A stretch of 64,000 bases of DNA. It comes from Paraspadella gotoi (lineage: Eukaryota > Animalia > Chaetognatha). The stretch lies in the NCBI GenBank assembly GCA_051294375.1, contig CM119267.1, positions 25,931,293 to 25,995,292 on the forward strand, read 5' to 3'. The notes beneath the pieces are model-generated. The model was not told where the DNA came from. It did no database searches and saw only the letters and a list, made by a program, of their open reading frames with translations. Below, piece after piece: positions 1-13,600 of this stretch; the first letter of the stretch is position 1, and the number at the start of each line of letters is the position of its first letter. A program made the translations under genes and the position numbers.

Positions 1-2499
1 ACAATGTTCATGAAATATTTTGTAAAAAAAATTATGGCGAATCGAATTAAAGAAATAATTGCCTTTTGTTTGCTGAAAGAATTTTTTAAAAAAGATTATC
101 GGTTAAAAAGTTATAATTTTTTTAAATTAAAAAAAAATCACTTTCTTAATAATTATTTTTGTTAATTAGGTTTGAACTAAGCTAAAGGTAAAGGGAATGC
201 ACTTTTTTTAGAGTAAATAAAAAAGTTTATGAGTAAATTCGATTTGACCAATGTAATTTAATATTGTTCTCACCCAGTCGTCGTTAAGGGTTCTTTTTTT
301 GTTCTCAATCTTTTTATTTTAATATATTGTGAATTATGACTGTTTCTAAATATAAGGGCTAGTTTTTTAATATTTTTTCTTATTGAAAAGAAAACTAGAA
401 AAAATTACAGGCTATTAAGATGTTGAAGTGTAGAAAATTGAAATATTCATGTGTCGCTTATAACATAAATCATTATATTAAAGTTAATAGTAATGATCAT
501 GTATTTCCGCATGTTTCCATATAGTTTCTCATCCTAATTTTTTGAAGAACTCAGTACAGTAAAACAGTTGTTTAAATAAAATATTAATGTGTGCAGATCA
601 TATATCTAGATAATCCAAGAATAATATACAAAAGTAAGATTGGTTTATAAAATAAATTGTTATTGTGATAATCATAAGAGTGAAACATAGGATTATATAG
701 CTACGACCAAAGGTGTGAGAGATCAAAAAAATAAGGAAAACCCCTATATTAGTGGTAGTGTAAATGTTCTAACATTTTAACTTTAAATTAAAAATTTCTA
801 AAATGAGGACGAACCAACATATATTATAGACTGAGACTATGCTCACTTATTGTTATATCTGCATAACAAAATTTATTTATACTTTTCCCTCATTTACCGT
901 CTCCCCTCTCATGCCATATTTCCTTCTCATCTAGTACCTTACTCAATCAATTGTTTAACAAATTTTCCCTAAAACGTTTTTTTTCAAGATTTTTTGCAGA
1001 TTTGCGATTCGTCTATTAAAATTGATAATAAGACAAATATCATCAATAACAACTCATTTTTTAAAAAAATTCATTTCATTAAGTGGTCAAAAATTTTTAA
1101 AAAAAGCTATATTTTAAGCTGAAAAATTAAACTTTTTTTACTATATTATCTTATTAGTTTTCTGCTCTCATTTTTTCCCATCTTAATTGAAAGAATTTTT
1201 AAAAATAATTCTATATTTTTCTTCTATCATTTCTTTGACGAGGCATTCAAATCCTGCTATCATAACACTTCGAAAAGCTATTTGAAATTTTCTTCAATTC
1301 TTTATAACAGGATTACGTTAGTATTATAATATTACCCTAGCGAGTCCTCACGTCGTTCCTACGAAATCGCAAGAAGGGACTTCTCTAATAGGAGAATATA
1401 TTCAAAGTAAAATCCTGACGCTCAGCGCCCAAATAATTTTCCACGCCTCTGGAAAAATTCGGTAAAGATACGTGTAAAAACACTCGATTCCGGATTCTGT
1501 TGCATCTGAAGGCCGCATTTTTTTTCTCTTGACGAAAGATAACCATTCATTTTGACATTCAAGACCCATCCGATCAAATGGACTGGTAGCCATGGGACAA
1601 ATCGGAAAATATTTTTTGCCAGCTGAATTCTTATATAATATATCTGAAAATAAAGCTCCTTTCTCAGTTCCGCTTAATTATACAATTGTTCAACGTCTTC
1701 ATATCAACATATGTTTGTCATGTTTACAATTAAACTTCGAATTCGAATCGATTAGCTATCTATAGTTGAAGTGCTCCTCGCAAAATTATTTCTCTCTCTT
1801 AAGAATGTTTAATTTGGTTAATTTATTAATATGAATACATTCCGAGTGTGGAACGGTGACTATAAGACCAAAATTATTATAGGCTCAAGGATTAAATATT
1901 TATAATTATAACACCAGTAAATGTTCTCAGCGACCCAGGAGCATAGATGCGATGCACAGGTTTCTAAGAGTTTTCAACCGGGGTAGTTTCCCAGTTTTCT
2001 GGGTATCCAAAATATTCTCTCGTATGGTACGCAGAGTTTCCAAAGGAAGCAGGGGTGGATGTTTGCGGGGATATTTTGGTTAATATTTTCGTGTGACTTT
2101 ATGGTTCGGATTTCTTTGAAAAACTTCACATATTAACAATATTGCATCATTCGATACATGGAGCGCCCATTCCATCTCCTCCGGCGTCTCGGCAAGAATT
2201 ATTAAATTATACCTCTGGTTTGTGTAGTTACGGTTCAGCTCCTTAGTTCCTACCAGATAATAGCTTACTGCAAAACTTAAAAAACCATAAATTATTCTTA
2301 TTTTACCAACTCTAATGTCGCCTGACGTCGGTATGTTGTTCATAATTGACACTCTCTGAATTTTCGGTATGTATATCTCTGTCCCAATACGCCAACTCAC
2401 AGACGCCCTATCAGTCCGACCGAGAATTGATTCTTGAAACTGAAGTATAGTTGACCTTAGACCTCAAGGCATTCCTCGCTCATGAAATAATACCCTAGT

Positions 2500-4315
2500 T
2501 GAGATTAAAAGACCATAAAAAGATTACTGTGTATGAATATACTACCCTTTTTCCGAACTTTTTAGATGTCCTAATTCGTGACTGATGTGGTACTGGCAAG
2601 ATCACCTTTACAACCTTTTTAGATTTTGGTCTTTGGTTTTTTCCTTTACGTCATCCTCGTTTCTTAACTGAATTGATTCAAGCTTAACGAGTTAGCTGTG
2701 ATGTACGTATAACCCATTTCCCCGTTTCTTTTTTGGGGTAGGGTTAGTTAGCTTTAATGTTTATGACTGGGAGATTATGACTCTTCGAACAATCACTCAC
2801 CGAAATTTATCTTTTCCCCGGTCCACCTCCCCTCACCGACTTTCCCACTTTCCATACCCTTTATAATTTTTCTGCTGGTCAGGACAAACCAAGATTTTGG
2901 GGTGACGGAGCTCGGATCTGCAGGTAACAAGATCCACGGACGGCGACTTCTAGCGCTCTCGGGAATTGGCGTCAATTAAGGAAAGTTGGCAGCATGCGTG
3001 CCATGATGGCGGGATAGCACCCGCGCGTTGAAAAGCGGACCGATCGCACACAGAGCTCTAGTTTCCATTTCTGTTTCTCCTTTTTTAAATTTTTCTTTAC
3101 TAATTCAGACAATATTTTGGGAGATAACTATTTGGAAATTTTGTAATAAGATAACCCATCGAAAGTGTTAGATTTCAATGACTTGTTAGCTCTTTATTAT
3201 ATATATAATTTATAACTAAATTTTACTATCTCTCTTGAGATTTAAGTTAACCTGTATGGTGGTCGTTTTCATTTCCATTTCTGTTACGCCTCATTTTTTC
3301 TAACTTTTTCTATTCATCCAATTTATTTTACTCGACGTCGTGACGGAAATTTATCTTTGGGGACGAATTGTGAATTTTTTTGCTCATTCCATTTTCACGT
3401 ATCTCTTCTCTCCAATACTCAAATTCGATTTGCAATTCTCTTTACTCGCAATTCACTCAACAATAATATCTCCGGTGCAATACTCGCCTTTTCCTTTACC
3501 TCCATCTTAAAATTCTCTGGTCGCTTCCTTCGGTGTTTCGAAGGGCCAGGAAACTTCTTCACTCTCCACTATCTTACACCAATCGCCACTCACCCGAGGA
3601 CGACGACAACAACGACGCGACCTTTTTCCGTGTCAAATCGCTCTCGCCGTATTGTCGACAGGCGGGAGATCGTTCGTGACAAATCTTTGCCGCGCCATCT
3701 TTCGATCATTAGGCGCTTCCACGTGCTGGTATGCGCGGAACCCTTGCCGCAATTTCGACCTGCCCGAACTCCGGGCATCCCTGGGTGAGTGGAGCTGTCC
3801 AGCCGGGATCCTCGCACCCGAGAACCCCGAAACGCTTTTCGCGGAGAATAGCTGGGCGTCTCCGGCGGTACGGGTCGGTTCGACCGGGATAAATATTGGC
3901 TGCTCGGAGACTATGTGGAAGAAAGACTGCCCAGTAGCTGGTGGAGTTCGGATTGATCTCATAATTATCTAAGTACGACTTTCTTCCACGATGGGTCTTA
4001 CCTGTATTTGTATGAACTCAGGATTTATTCCGCGAATAAATAAACAAAAAAGATATTTAAACTCCTCTTAACTTTTTCAGTTCGTTCTTTAGGATTATTT
4101 TATCGTCCTGTGTCGCAATCGCTCTTGCGTTGTGCGGACGATATTTCTGTGCTATTGCTCATAGTGGCTGTCTCGTCCTCGTTTCGTTGTCGTTTATCTG
4201 GCGTTCCAAATTATTTAGATTCGCCTTTTTGGTCGGGATCTGCTTATCAGGCATTCCCGACTCTATAATTCACTTTCGTCCGGGGGTCCCGTCTCTGGCT
4301 CCCCCTCAATATTGT
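2500..4315 (+). other. Degraded tandem duplicate of ~4690-6270 (upstream SLAIN exons plus the start of a HINE); probable assembly duplication
   Basis: Colinear with 4690-6270 but with many scattered single-base insertions; ~370-745 is likewise repeated at ~4315-4628. Confidence 0.75.
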
Positions 4316-5044
4316 TTTTTTTTTATATAAAAGAAAAAGAAAAATTGACAAAAGCTATTAAATGATTAAAAATTGAATATATCATGTGCGTTATAAAGTA
4401 AATCATTAAATTAAATAAGAATGATCATGTTTCCGCATGTTTCCATATAGTTTCTCATCTAATTTTTGAAAACTCAGATACAGTAAAACAGTTTTTAAAT
4501 AAATTTTAATTCGATCCATTCTAGATATCCAGTTACTTACAATGATTTTAAAAAAAATTGAAATATATCATAAACTGCCTGGATTATAGCTCGACAAAGT
4601 GAGTCAAAAATAAGGAAAACCCCTATATGTCCGGCAGAACTGATTTTTGAAAACTGATATTGCACGGAAGGTTTCTTATAATACTTCCTAATAGATTAAA
4701 AGCATAAAGATTACTGTATGATATACTACCCTTTTTCCGACTTTAGATGCTAAATCGATGATAGTGGTCTGGCAAGATCACTATACTTTTAAGATTTTTT
4801 GTCTTTGGTTTTTTCCTTTTACGTCACGGTTCTTAACTGAATTGATTCAAGCTTAACGAGTTTACTAGTATGTACGTATTAACCATTTCCCCGTTTTTTT
4901 TTGGGGGGGGGGTTAGTTATTTAATGTTTATGACTGGGATTTGCTTTTCGAACAATCACTTCACCGAAATTTATCTTTTCCCCCGTCCCCTCCCCTCACC
5001 GCTTCCCCACTTTCCATCCCTTATAATTTTTCTGCTCGGATCAG

Positions 5045-8000
5045 ACAAACCCAAGATTTTGGGGACGGCGACGGTAACAAGATCCATCGGACGGCGACTT
5101 CTAGCGCCTCGGGAAAATGGCGTCATTAAGGAAGTTGGCAGCAGCGGCGATGGCGGAAGCACCGGCGTTGAAAGCGACGATTCGCACACAAGTCAGTTTC
5201 CACTTTCTGTTTCTCCTTTTTTAAATTTTTCTTTACTAATTCAAGACAATATTTTGGGAGATAACTATTTAAAATTTTGTTAGATACCATCGAAAGTGTT
5301 AGATTTCAATGACTTGGTTGTTTTATTATATATATATACTAAATTTCTTCTCTGAGGATGAAGTATGCCTATGGTGGTCTTTTTCATTCCATTCTGTCGC
5401 CTCAATTTTTTCCAACTTTTTTATCACCATTTATTTAACGCTGTCGTGACGGAAATGTTATTTTGGGGCGAATTGTTGAATCTTTTTTGCTCCTTCCATT
5501 TTCCACGTTTATCTCTTCTCTCCAATACAATTCGATTGCAAATTATCTTCGCTCAAACAAAATCTCCGGAAATCCGCCTTTTCATTACCTCCATCTAAAC
5601 TTCTCTGGTCGCTTCCTCGGTTTTCCAAGGGCCAGGAAAACTTCTTCTCTCCACTTCTTACACCATCGCCACTCACGAGGACGACGACAACAACGACCGC
5701 GACCTTTTTTCGGTGTCAAATCGTTCGCCGTTTGTCGACGGCGGAGATGTCGACGAAGTCTTTGCCGCGCCATCTTTCGATCATCGGCGCCCACGTGGCG
5801 GAGCGCGGAAACCCTTGCCGCAATTTCGAGGTCCCGAAACTCCGGGCACCCCTGGGAGTGGAGCTTCCACGCCGGGATCCTCGACCCCGAGAACCCCGAA
5901 CGCTTTTCCCCCGGAGATTAGCGGGCGCCGGCGGGGGACGGCGTCGTCGACCGGGGATTTGGATGTGGAAGAAACGCCGGAGCTGGAGTTCGATGAGTCG
6001 GACTTTCTCACGACTCTTACGATTTGTATGAATCATTTCGAAAATAAAAAAAAATATTTATTCCTCTACTTTTTAGTTCGTTCTTTAGCTTTTTATCGTT
6101 GCAATCGCTTTGCGTTTGCGACGATATTTCTGTGCTATTGCTCATAAGTGGCGTCGTCGTCGTTGGCGTTCCAAATTATAGATCGCCTTTTTAGTCGGAT
6201 CTGCTTATCAGCAGATCCCGACTCTATAATTCACTTTGTCGGTCCGTCGGTCTGCCCCCTCAATATTGTCGGGCAGTCACTTATATCATGTCAGAACATC
6301 GAATTATGATAAATTATGCAAAAAAAATGATGTCCGTCCGTCCGTCCGTCCGTCTGTCCATCCGTCCGCCAATTACTCGTGATTGTATGGATGGATTGTG
6401 AACGCCAATTGCTCATGAGTGGATGGGCGATTGACTTGAAATTTTGTATGTGGGTAGGAAATTGTGTGATTAAGCTGGAAATCAATTTTATGGATGGAAA
6501 TGAGTTTAATGGAAAAAAACAAAAGAACCTATTTTACTACATTGATTATGCTTCTTTTTCTTTTTATATTAAATGTAAATAGCAAGATGTTTAATAATCA
6601 AATAATTAATAGTTAATTAATCAATTAGTTAATAAATATTAATTATCGCGCATCAGTTAAATCAATTATTCAATCAACAAAACATTTCGGAATCAAAATT
6701 AATTATAATTTAATAATTAAATTCTTATTACTTATTTATATTAGTTTGATTATTAATTAATTAATTAAATACCGTAATTATAAATTATCAAATATGTTTT
6801 AATTATCATGATTAAATATGAAATTCCTTAAAAAAATAATAAATTATTATTTTGAAAAATATTGTATAGAATCCTTTCTTTTGTTGTGTTGTTGAGATTA
6901 AATTAAAAAACGAAAAAATTTTCGTGGAACAACAATAAAGTTTTTATTAACTTTGGACATGTTCGGCTCACAACTCAAGCCTTCATCAGCATCTGAAATC
7001 ACAAATAATTATTTCACAAACAATTGAGAGAGAAAGAGAGAGAGAGAGAGAGGGAGAGTTTCCAAACAAAAGAATTTAGTAAAGGAAAGTGGTCAGATGC
7101 TAGAGGACATGAGTGAAGTGAAGGAGGGATTTGAAAGGAGAGTCGAATGTGAAATTGGGAAAAGGAGAGTCTAATAAAACCGATCAAACAAAAGTTCCGT
7201 AAAAGCGCCAAATCAAAAAATTATCGGCACATTTCCCAATCTCCCTCGATTGGTTCAAACCACTTATTATTTTCACTCTCTTGTCGCAAATATTGACGTC
7301 ATCCCGAAACGCGATACGGATTGCATTAAGCAAGTCCAAACGGGACAGAGATCAACAGATCATCGAACAGACAAAAACGGCGTCTGCTGGTCAAAGCTTC
7401 AATCAATCGATGCCATGCAATGCCTCGCACGGCTCCGACCTGAACGTCGACGGCTTCAAGACTCCCCTAACACCGCCTTCTCCTCCAGAGGAAACTGGCG
7501 TCGATGGCTTCGGCATCATCAGAGGACGACGCCACGCGGGTTTTTTCCGGGCAAACAAAGGACCGCTCACAGCAGAAGCTGGAGAAACTCCGACTAGCGC
7601 AAGCCGCAGATCAAACTCGAAAAGGATAGACGATGTGGACGACGCAACGAGCTTTTCCGCATCTCTGACGACGAGCTCCGGGGAGGCCACAAGGATGCTG
7701 GCCTATCGAATGCATCTCTGATCAACACTCTAACGGAAGATGAAGTCTAATTTCTACGAAAAGGTCTGTCTTTTGTTCCAACGCCTTTTAATATTCCTTG
7801 CGTTAACGCTCAATTGTCGGAATTGAGACAGGAGCCCGGCTTCCTGGATCACGACCCGACAGCGGCGGCAACCCTCGGGCGGAGGCAGCGCGGTGTACTC
7901 AACGCGAAACGAGCCCCGCCCCCATTCCAACCGTCGTTGTGATTCGCAGGCCATTGCCTCACTCAAGCGGCAATCATGCAATCAATGGTTCACCCCGCAG

Positions 8001-10621
8001 ACAAGGGCGAGCTTGCGGTAGTCATGAACGCTTCATGATTACAAATCAAAGTTGCTAACAATGCTATCAGACAAGGAAACCGTTATAAGGCCTTTGCAAA
8101 GGATGCCGACTTCTTGCCTACCAGAGCCAAGATCCAGAACGGTTGACAAGCAAGATACGTGAATACTGCCACCCGTCAGTATTGTCAGCAGTCAACCCTG
8201 ACTCTACGCAGCCGCCCTTTTCCTTCCAGGTCAGCCGAAGGTTCATAAAGCCCGGCTTACCGCATACGCCGATTCGTATCTGCCCGCAATTCATTTTTCA
8301 ATGGAATGACAAAGGAGTTGGACGCATTCTCAACTCCTCATTGTTCTTGTGCAACCCAACACCTTCCTCCAAAATTCTCTAGATCTGACAGAAAAGATTG
8401 CCAGCATCACAAAGTGCCTGATACTCATCTCTGGTCTCAATGTGATTTACAAAGCATGTTTACAAATATCCCTCAGGGCCTGGCGTTAGCCTCCGCAAGC
8501 GCCGCCTGAGAGGAGGACCGGACATTGCATTGAGCGTACGCCAATACAATGTGGATGATATCATGGGCATTGCTGCGGCTGGGACGCTGGAACTGGCGTT
8601 ACTTCAGGTTCGATGGACGGTACTATGCCCAAGCCTGCGTGGCTTAAGGGAATGGGCAAATCAAACCTCAAGTCCTCTGGCAGACTTCTATATGAGGACT
8701 ATGAAGGTGGAAGCTTTGGACTCTTTTTCGATCTCTGCATGGGGCAGAGTCAGTCCTCTCTGGTATCGGAAAGCAGCACGATACCATTCTGGCGTGCGCA
8801 AGGAATCTCATTGAAGAGCCTTCTGACCATTTGAACAGCAATTGAAGCTAGCATCAAATTGGACATGTGAAAAAGGTGAATGGTCAAATTCCAAGCTCGA
8901 TGTGCTGGTAAGCGCAAAGAGGGCGGCTCATTGGAATTTTCAAAGTTATTACCGCAAAACCGATCCATACTGACCATATATTCCCTTCGATTCTCATGCC
9001 CCTGTGCACAAGCTCGGCAACGAGTCAGAGCCCTTACCAGAAGAGCCAGCTGATTCCGTCGACCCCGAGCTTCAGGCCGCACGAGCCTTGAGCCATGTCA
9101 AAGAGCCCTGGCGCTCAATGGTTACCCTCTGTGGGCTTATGAGCAAGCAGGTTTCCGGCAGAACCTGCGCTGAGGACAGTCGGCCACCAAGGGGCTGTCC
9201 AAGTAACTGCTGACGCAAGTTCAACCTCCACCCCCCAGGAGAAGAACGAGGCCGTTGCTGCTGAAGGACCGACCGCGCGCACCACAGCGCAAATGGAGAT
9301 AAGCAGAAGCGCCTCAAGAACGTGGGTCACCTGTCCTCCCTACCACCAGGGGATCACTGAAGCATTGGTGGCGGGTGCTAGCAAAGCAGGGGATCTCCAA
9401 CTTCAGTGACGACCCGCGGCTCTTTACGTGAGGCATTGGTGAAACGCGAAAGACAAAATCCCCAGACCGAAAAAACATCAGGAGCCGTCTATTGGGCGGC
9501 CTGTGCAGGGGTGGGCAACCAACCCGCCTCAGACAGCATATACGTGGGTGAGACAGGCAAATCTCTATCAGATCGATTTCCACAACCACACACAACCCTA
9601 CAAAGATGCAAGAGGCCATTACCTTCGCAGTTGCCTGAGATGCAGAAAACTATGGGTCATCTGTTTAGAGAGGAAGACGTGTCTCGTGCTGTCCATGACC
9701 AAAATTGGTTCTCAAGACGCGTATTAGAGAGGCGATTTACATCCAAGCCCTCGAGCCCTCTTTGAATTCGTGATGGAGGACGATCGACTCCCTCCAAGCT
9801 ATGATTCGCTTATCAAAACTGGTGGAGACCCAACGCCCACCTCAGCGCACGGTGACTCCCCCGTCCCCACTCAAACGGGTCAGGCGGGAGACCTATCAGG
9901 CAATGGATACCTGATGCCTCACCCAAGCCTGCAGCAAACTTGCACGACTCTTCCTCGTACCGACGGCGTCGCCCCAAAACGACGGCTTGCAAGGAGGAGG
10001 GGGAGGAGTTCTGTATCTCCTGTACCAAACAAGGCAGAACAGGCAAATCGCCCGCCTCACCGTCAGGTAGAGAGGAGGGCAATTCGGCAGGCTTTATCAG
10101 GTCAGAGAGACATCGAGTGGCACTGGCATTTTCCAGGTGCGGTCATTACCAGATCCCAGCCTAAACTAACCCACCACAATACTCTCTCAACCTTATGAAG
10201 GCCTATGAACCGAATCATCAGTAATATCCCTCATTTGCACCAGGCTGGGGGGGGGGACCAGCTCACTTTGAGCATCTTCTTTAGCTTATTTTTCTCTTAC
10301 CTCTTTATCTAACTAATCCCTCACAAACTATCGCTTTTCATTTCATTTTTCATATTTCAATATTCCACTATTCAAAAATGGCACAAACAAGCCTAATTTA
10401 ATTTATTTCATCTTTGTTATGTCTGAGTTTATAATACTGATTTATCTTTGTTTGTAAGCATTGCCTAATGTAATACTATTATTTCTCTCTCTCTGTGTCT
10501 CTCTCTCCCTCTCTCTCTCCCTTTCACCAATTTTCACATCACTCTCCTTTTCATCCCTGATCGCTCATCTTCACCTGTCCTCGCATCTGACCACTTTCCT
10601 TTACTAAATTCCTTTGTTGGA

Positions 10622-10655
<34 letters not shown>

Positions 10656-13600
10656 AATGTTGTGAAATAAATTATTTGGTGATTTTCAATGCTGATGAAG
10701 GCTTGAGTTGTGAGCCGAAACATGTCCAAGTTAATAAAAACTTTTTGTTTCACGAAAATTCGTTTTTAATTATTTGAAAAAATTAAAAAAGACAATTAGA
10801 AATTTTAGCTTTTAACACCCCTGGCTAAGCTCTAAACCTAATTATTTTTCTGTGACATTGAATGTTTTTAAAAAATAGTTAAATATGATAAATTAAAAGC
10901 ATTATCATAGTAATTAACTTAATGATAATTATATTAAAATATTACTGAAAAAAGCTAAGAAATACATCATAAACGGTTTTAAAATTCCATCATTTTGGCT
11001 CTTTAACACCCCTGGCTCGGGAGAAAAAATTTTTTTTAAATAAAAGAGCTTGGAAAAAGAGCTGAAAAAACAACAGAATGATACCCAGACTGGTTTACTG
11101 TTTTATTTAAAAACTTGTCGGATTCGAATGTGTCTAACCGCTAATGATCGTGGGCAGATCCGACATTGTTTGCTTCAATCTTGTTTTTTTACTTTTTAAC
11201 GCTTTGCTGAAGCTGAAATGGTTTTCTCGTCCCTAAACCATTGATTTTTCTATAAAATAAAGTGTTCAGAATATAAATGATAATATTTAATATAAACATT
11301 AAAACAGAAAACCAAATTTAATTTTTTTCCTTTATGATAAAGATAATGCTTTTTTTAATTTTTCATATGTTAATTATCCATATATGGACAATTATATTGG
11401 ACAGTTAATATTCAAGGTGCACAAAAAATTATTCTTTATGTTTTTATGGTTGTTTTGGACAGCAGTTTTATTTTATTCTCACTCTTCTAACCATTCTGCT
11501 TCATTCTGCTCTCCTTCGCCGTGGCTTGTATACATTACTCTTCTTTTCTTTGTTATCCATTATCCTGTCACCTGAGTTTAGTTTCAGGAGGATTTCTCTC
11601 TACCTCCTCGTGGGCGGGGGGCGGCTCCCTTGCGTCGGCGACCATTCGAGCGTTGAACAACGACGGCCACCCACCTCTCTTTTGGTTGATTCGTTTTACA
11701 AAAACACTTGATTCGATCCTGTTGCATCTGAAGGCTTGGCATTTTTTTTCTTTGTCAAATCAGTCAACATCTTGATAATCAAACAAGCCAGAACAAATAG
11801 ACTGTTTCTGGACGGAAAAATTTTCCATCTTTGATTTTATATAGAAATGAAAGGGATTTTTCCTTTGAAAACGATATAAACGTAGATTGAGGTATGTCCT
11901 GTTCAACAAATGACGTCAAATTCCATGAATCTCTGGCCTAAGTGTCTGAAGGGCTCTCAAAATTTTTTTTTACATTTTAGTTATTATTTTTAATATGATA
12001 CGTCATGTAAAAGGTGAATTAGTCGATTTTGTGAAATTTCTATTTAAAGTAAATGTAAAGAGGAGCTAAGATTCGGGAATTCTAAGAGTTTCAACCGGGA
12101 GTCAGATTCGCGGAAAAATTTCTATGGCAATCTTCGAAAGAAGGGGTGGTTTTCCGAAGATTTTGGTTAATATTTTCATATATATATGGTTGGGATTTAC
12201 ATTTGATGACAATTTACAAGCGCTGGTAAAAAAACGCTGTCATTTGCAAAACACCGTTGAGATAATCACTGTCTCTTCAATATGTAGCTCTCTCTCTTTT
12301 AACCAGTGCTGATTCATCGGGAAAATAAAAACTTCTCTTTCTTTTTCTCTCTTTTTTCCTGCTGCTTCTGCTCCTGCCTTCTGAGTCTGCAGCTGGCTCT
12401 GAAGGGGCTCTCTCTTTTTCTCTCTTTTCCCTTGCTGCTTCTGCTGCTGCCTTTTGATTTCTTTCTTTTTCTCTCTCTATCTCTGCGTTTTTATTAAAAA
12501 AAAAAATTGAATTATGATTGAACTCGTAAAATTAGGCATCGCATTCGTGCATGTTATCATTTTGCTATCGCAACATCGGGTTTTTATTTCGTTTTTTTTT
12601 CTTAGGGGCTGCGTCTGCTGATCTGTTTATTTTTTGACAATGATTTTTTTTTTCAGAAACTGTAACTTTAATTTTTTTTGGTACTTTATTATTTTTTTTA
12701 ATTGACAATCGCAAAATAGAATTTTTCTTTCTGTTTATAAATTAATTTTCTTTTCTCATTTTTTTTTCAAGGGCTGCGTCTGCTGATCAGTTTATTTGAT
12801 AACGACAAATTTTTTTTTTTTTTTCAAAAACTGTAACTTTAATTATCCTCCATACTTTATTATTTTTTTAAACTGACAATCGCAAAATATAATTTTTCTT
12901 TGTTTATAAATTTTTCTCAAATTTTATTTTTAGTATCAAAATTTGTCAATCCAGATTTTTCTTATGCGATTGCGACGATCCTTATGCTTTTAAGATTTTT
13001 TTTGTTGTCACCGGATCGTAATTTTTCTCATTAATTTGCCTGATATCAATCAAATTATGAGTCATTATTCTGTGAATAAAAAAATGTTTGTTACCAGGAT
13101 AAAATTAGGCCCTTTGACTTAATTTTTGATTATCGAGACTTTTTCTCATTTATCGCATGATTCTATATCTTTAGAAATAGATTATTATTCATAACTAATT
13201 TTAGATTATATGCTATTCTAATGACTTTTAAACAGTTTTTTTTAAATAAAATTACGTTTCTCAATTTATTGGTTATCTGGATTTTTTTTTATTTTAAAAC
13301 CAAATCGTTTTAAATGTAAAAAAAAAATTAATTCTTTGAAGGTGGACCCTCGCTTCATTCCACCGAAGACATTCCACCCAAAGCCAAGACGACGACGACG
13401 ACGACGACGACAAACCAAGCGGGAAAGCCTGCGTGGGAGTCGACCAACTTCGATAAACCCGTCGATATGGTGGACGTCCAAGTCATGGCCCGGATGCAGG
13501 AAGACAGTCAGTTTTTTAAAAAATTAATATTAAATCAATTAATTGATTTTAAAAAAATCAATAGAAATGGCAAAGCGGTTGGCTATTCTTCTTCTTAGGT

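Larger units (their letters stand above)
6913..10760 (+). mobile_element. Penelope-like retroelement (RT + C-terminal GIY-YIG), near full length, frameshifted, with inverted 5' pLTR
   Basis: Fragments across frames: GMGKSxSSPLADFYM, WYRKADDT-like motif C, SGAVY..C...YVGETGKSLSDRF, LPPSYDSLIK. 6913-~7190 is the reverse complement of the 3' terminal repeat (~10520-10760), which includes the hammerhead. Confidence 0.92.
6193..11185 (+). mobile_element. Helentron-associated non-autonomous element (HINE/DINE-1-like) interrupted by a Penelope insertion
   Basis: 5' subterminal hairpin GTCGGATCTGC-ttatca-GCAGATCCCGAC after a T-run; (GTCC)n microsatellite at ~6331-6368; 3' subTIR GCAGATCCGAC followed by a short stem-loop and TT end at 11154-11185. 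Confidence 0.75.
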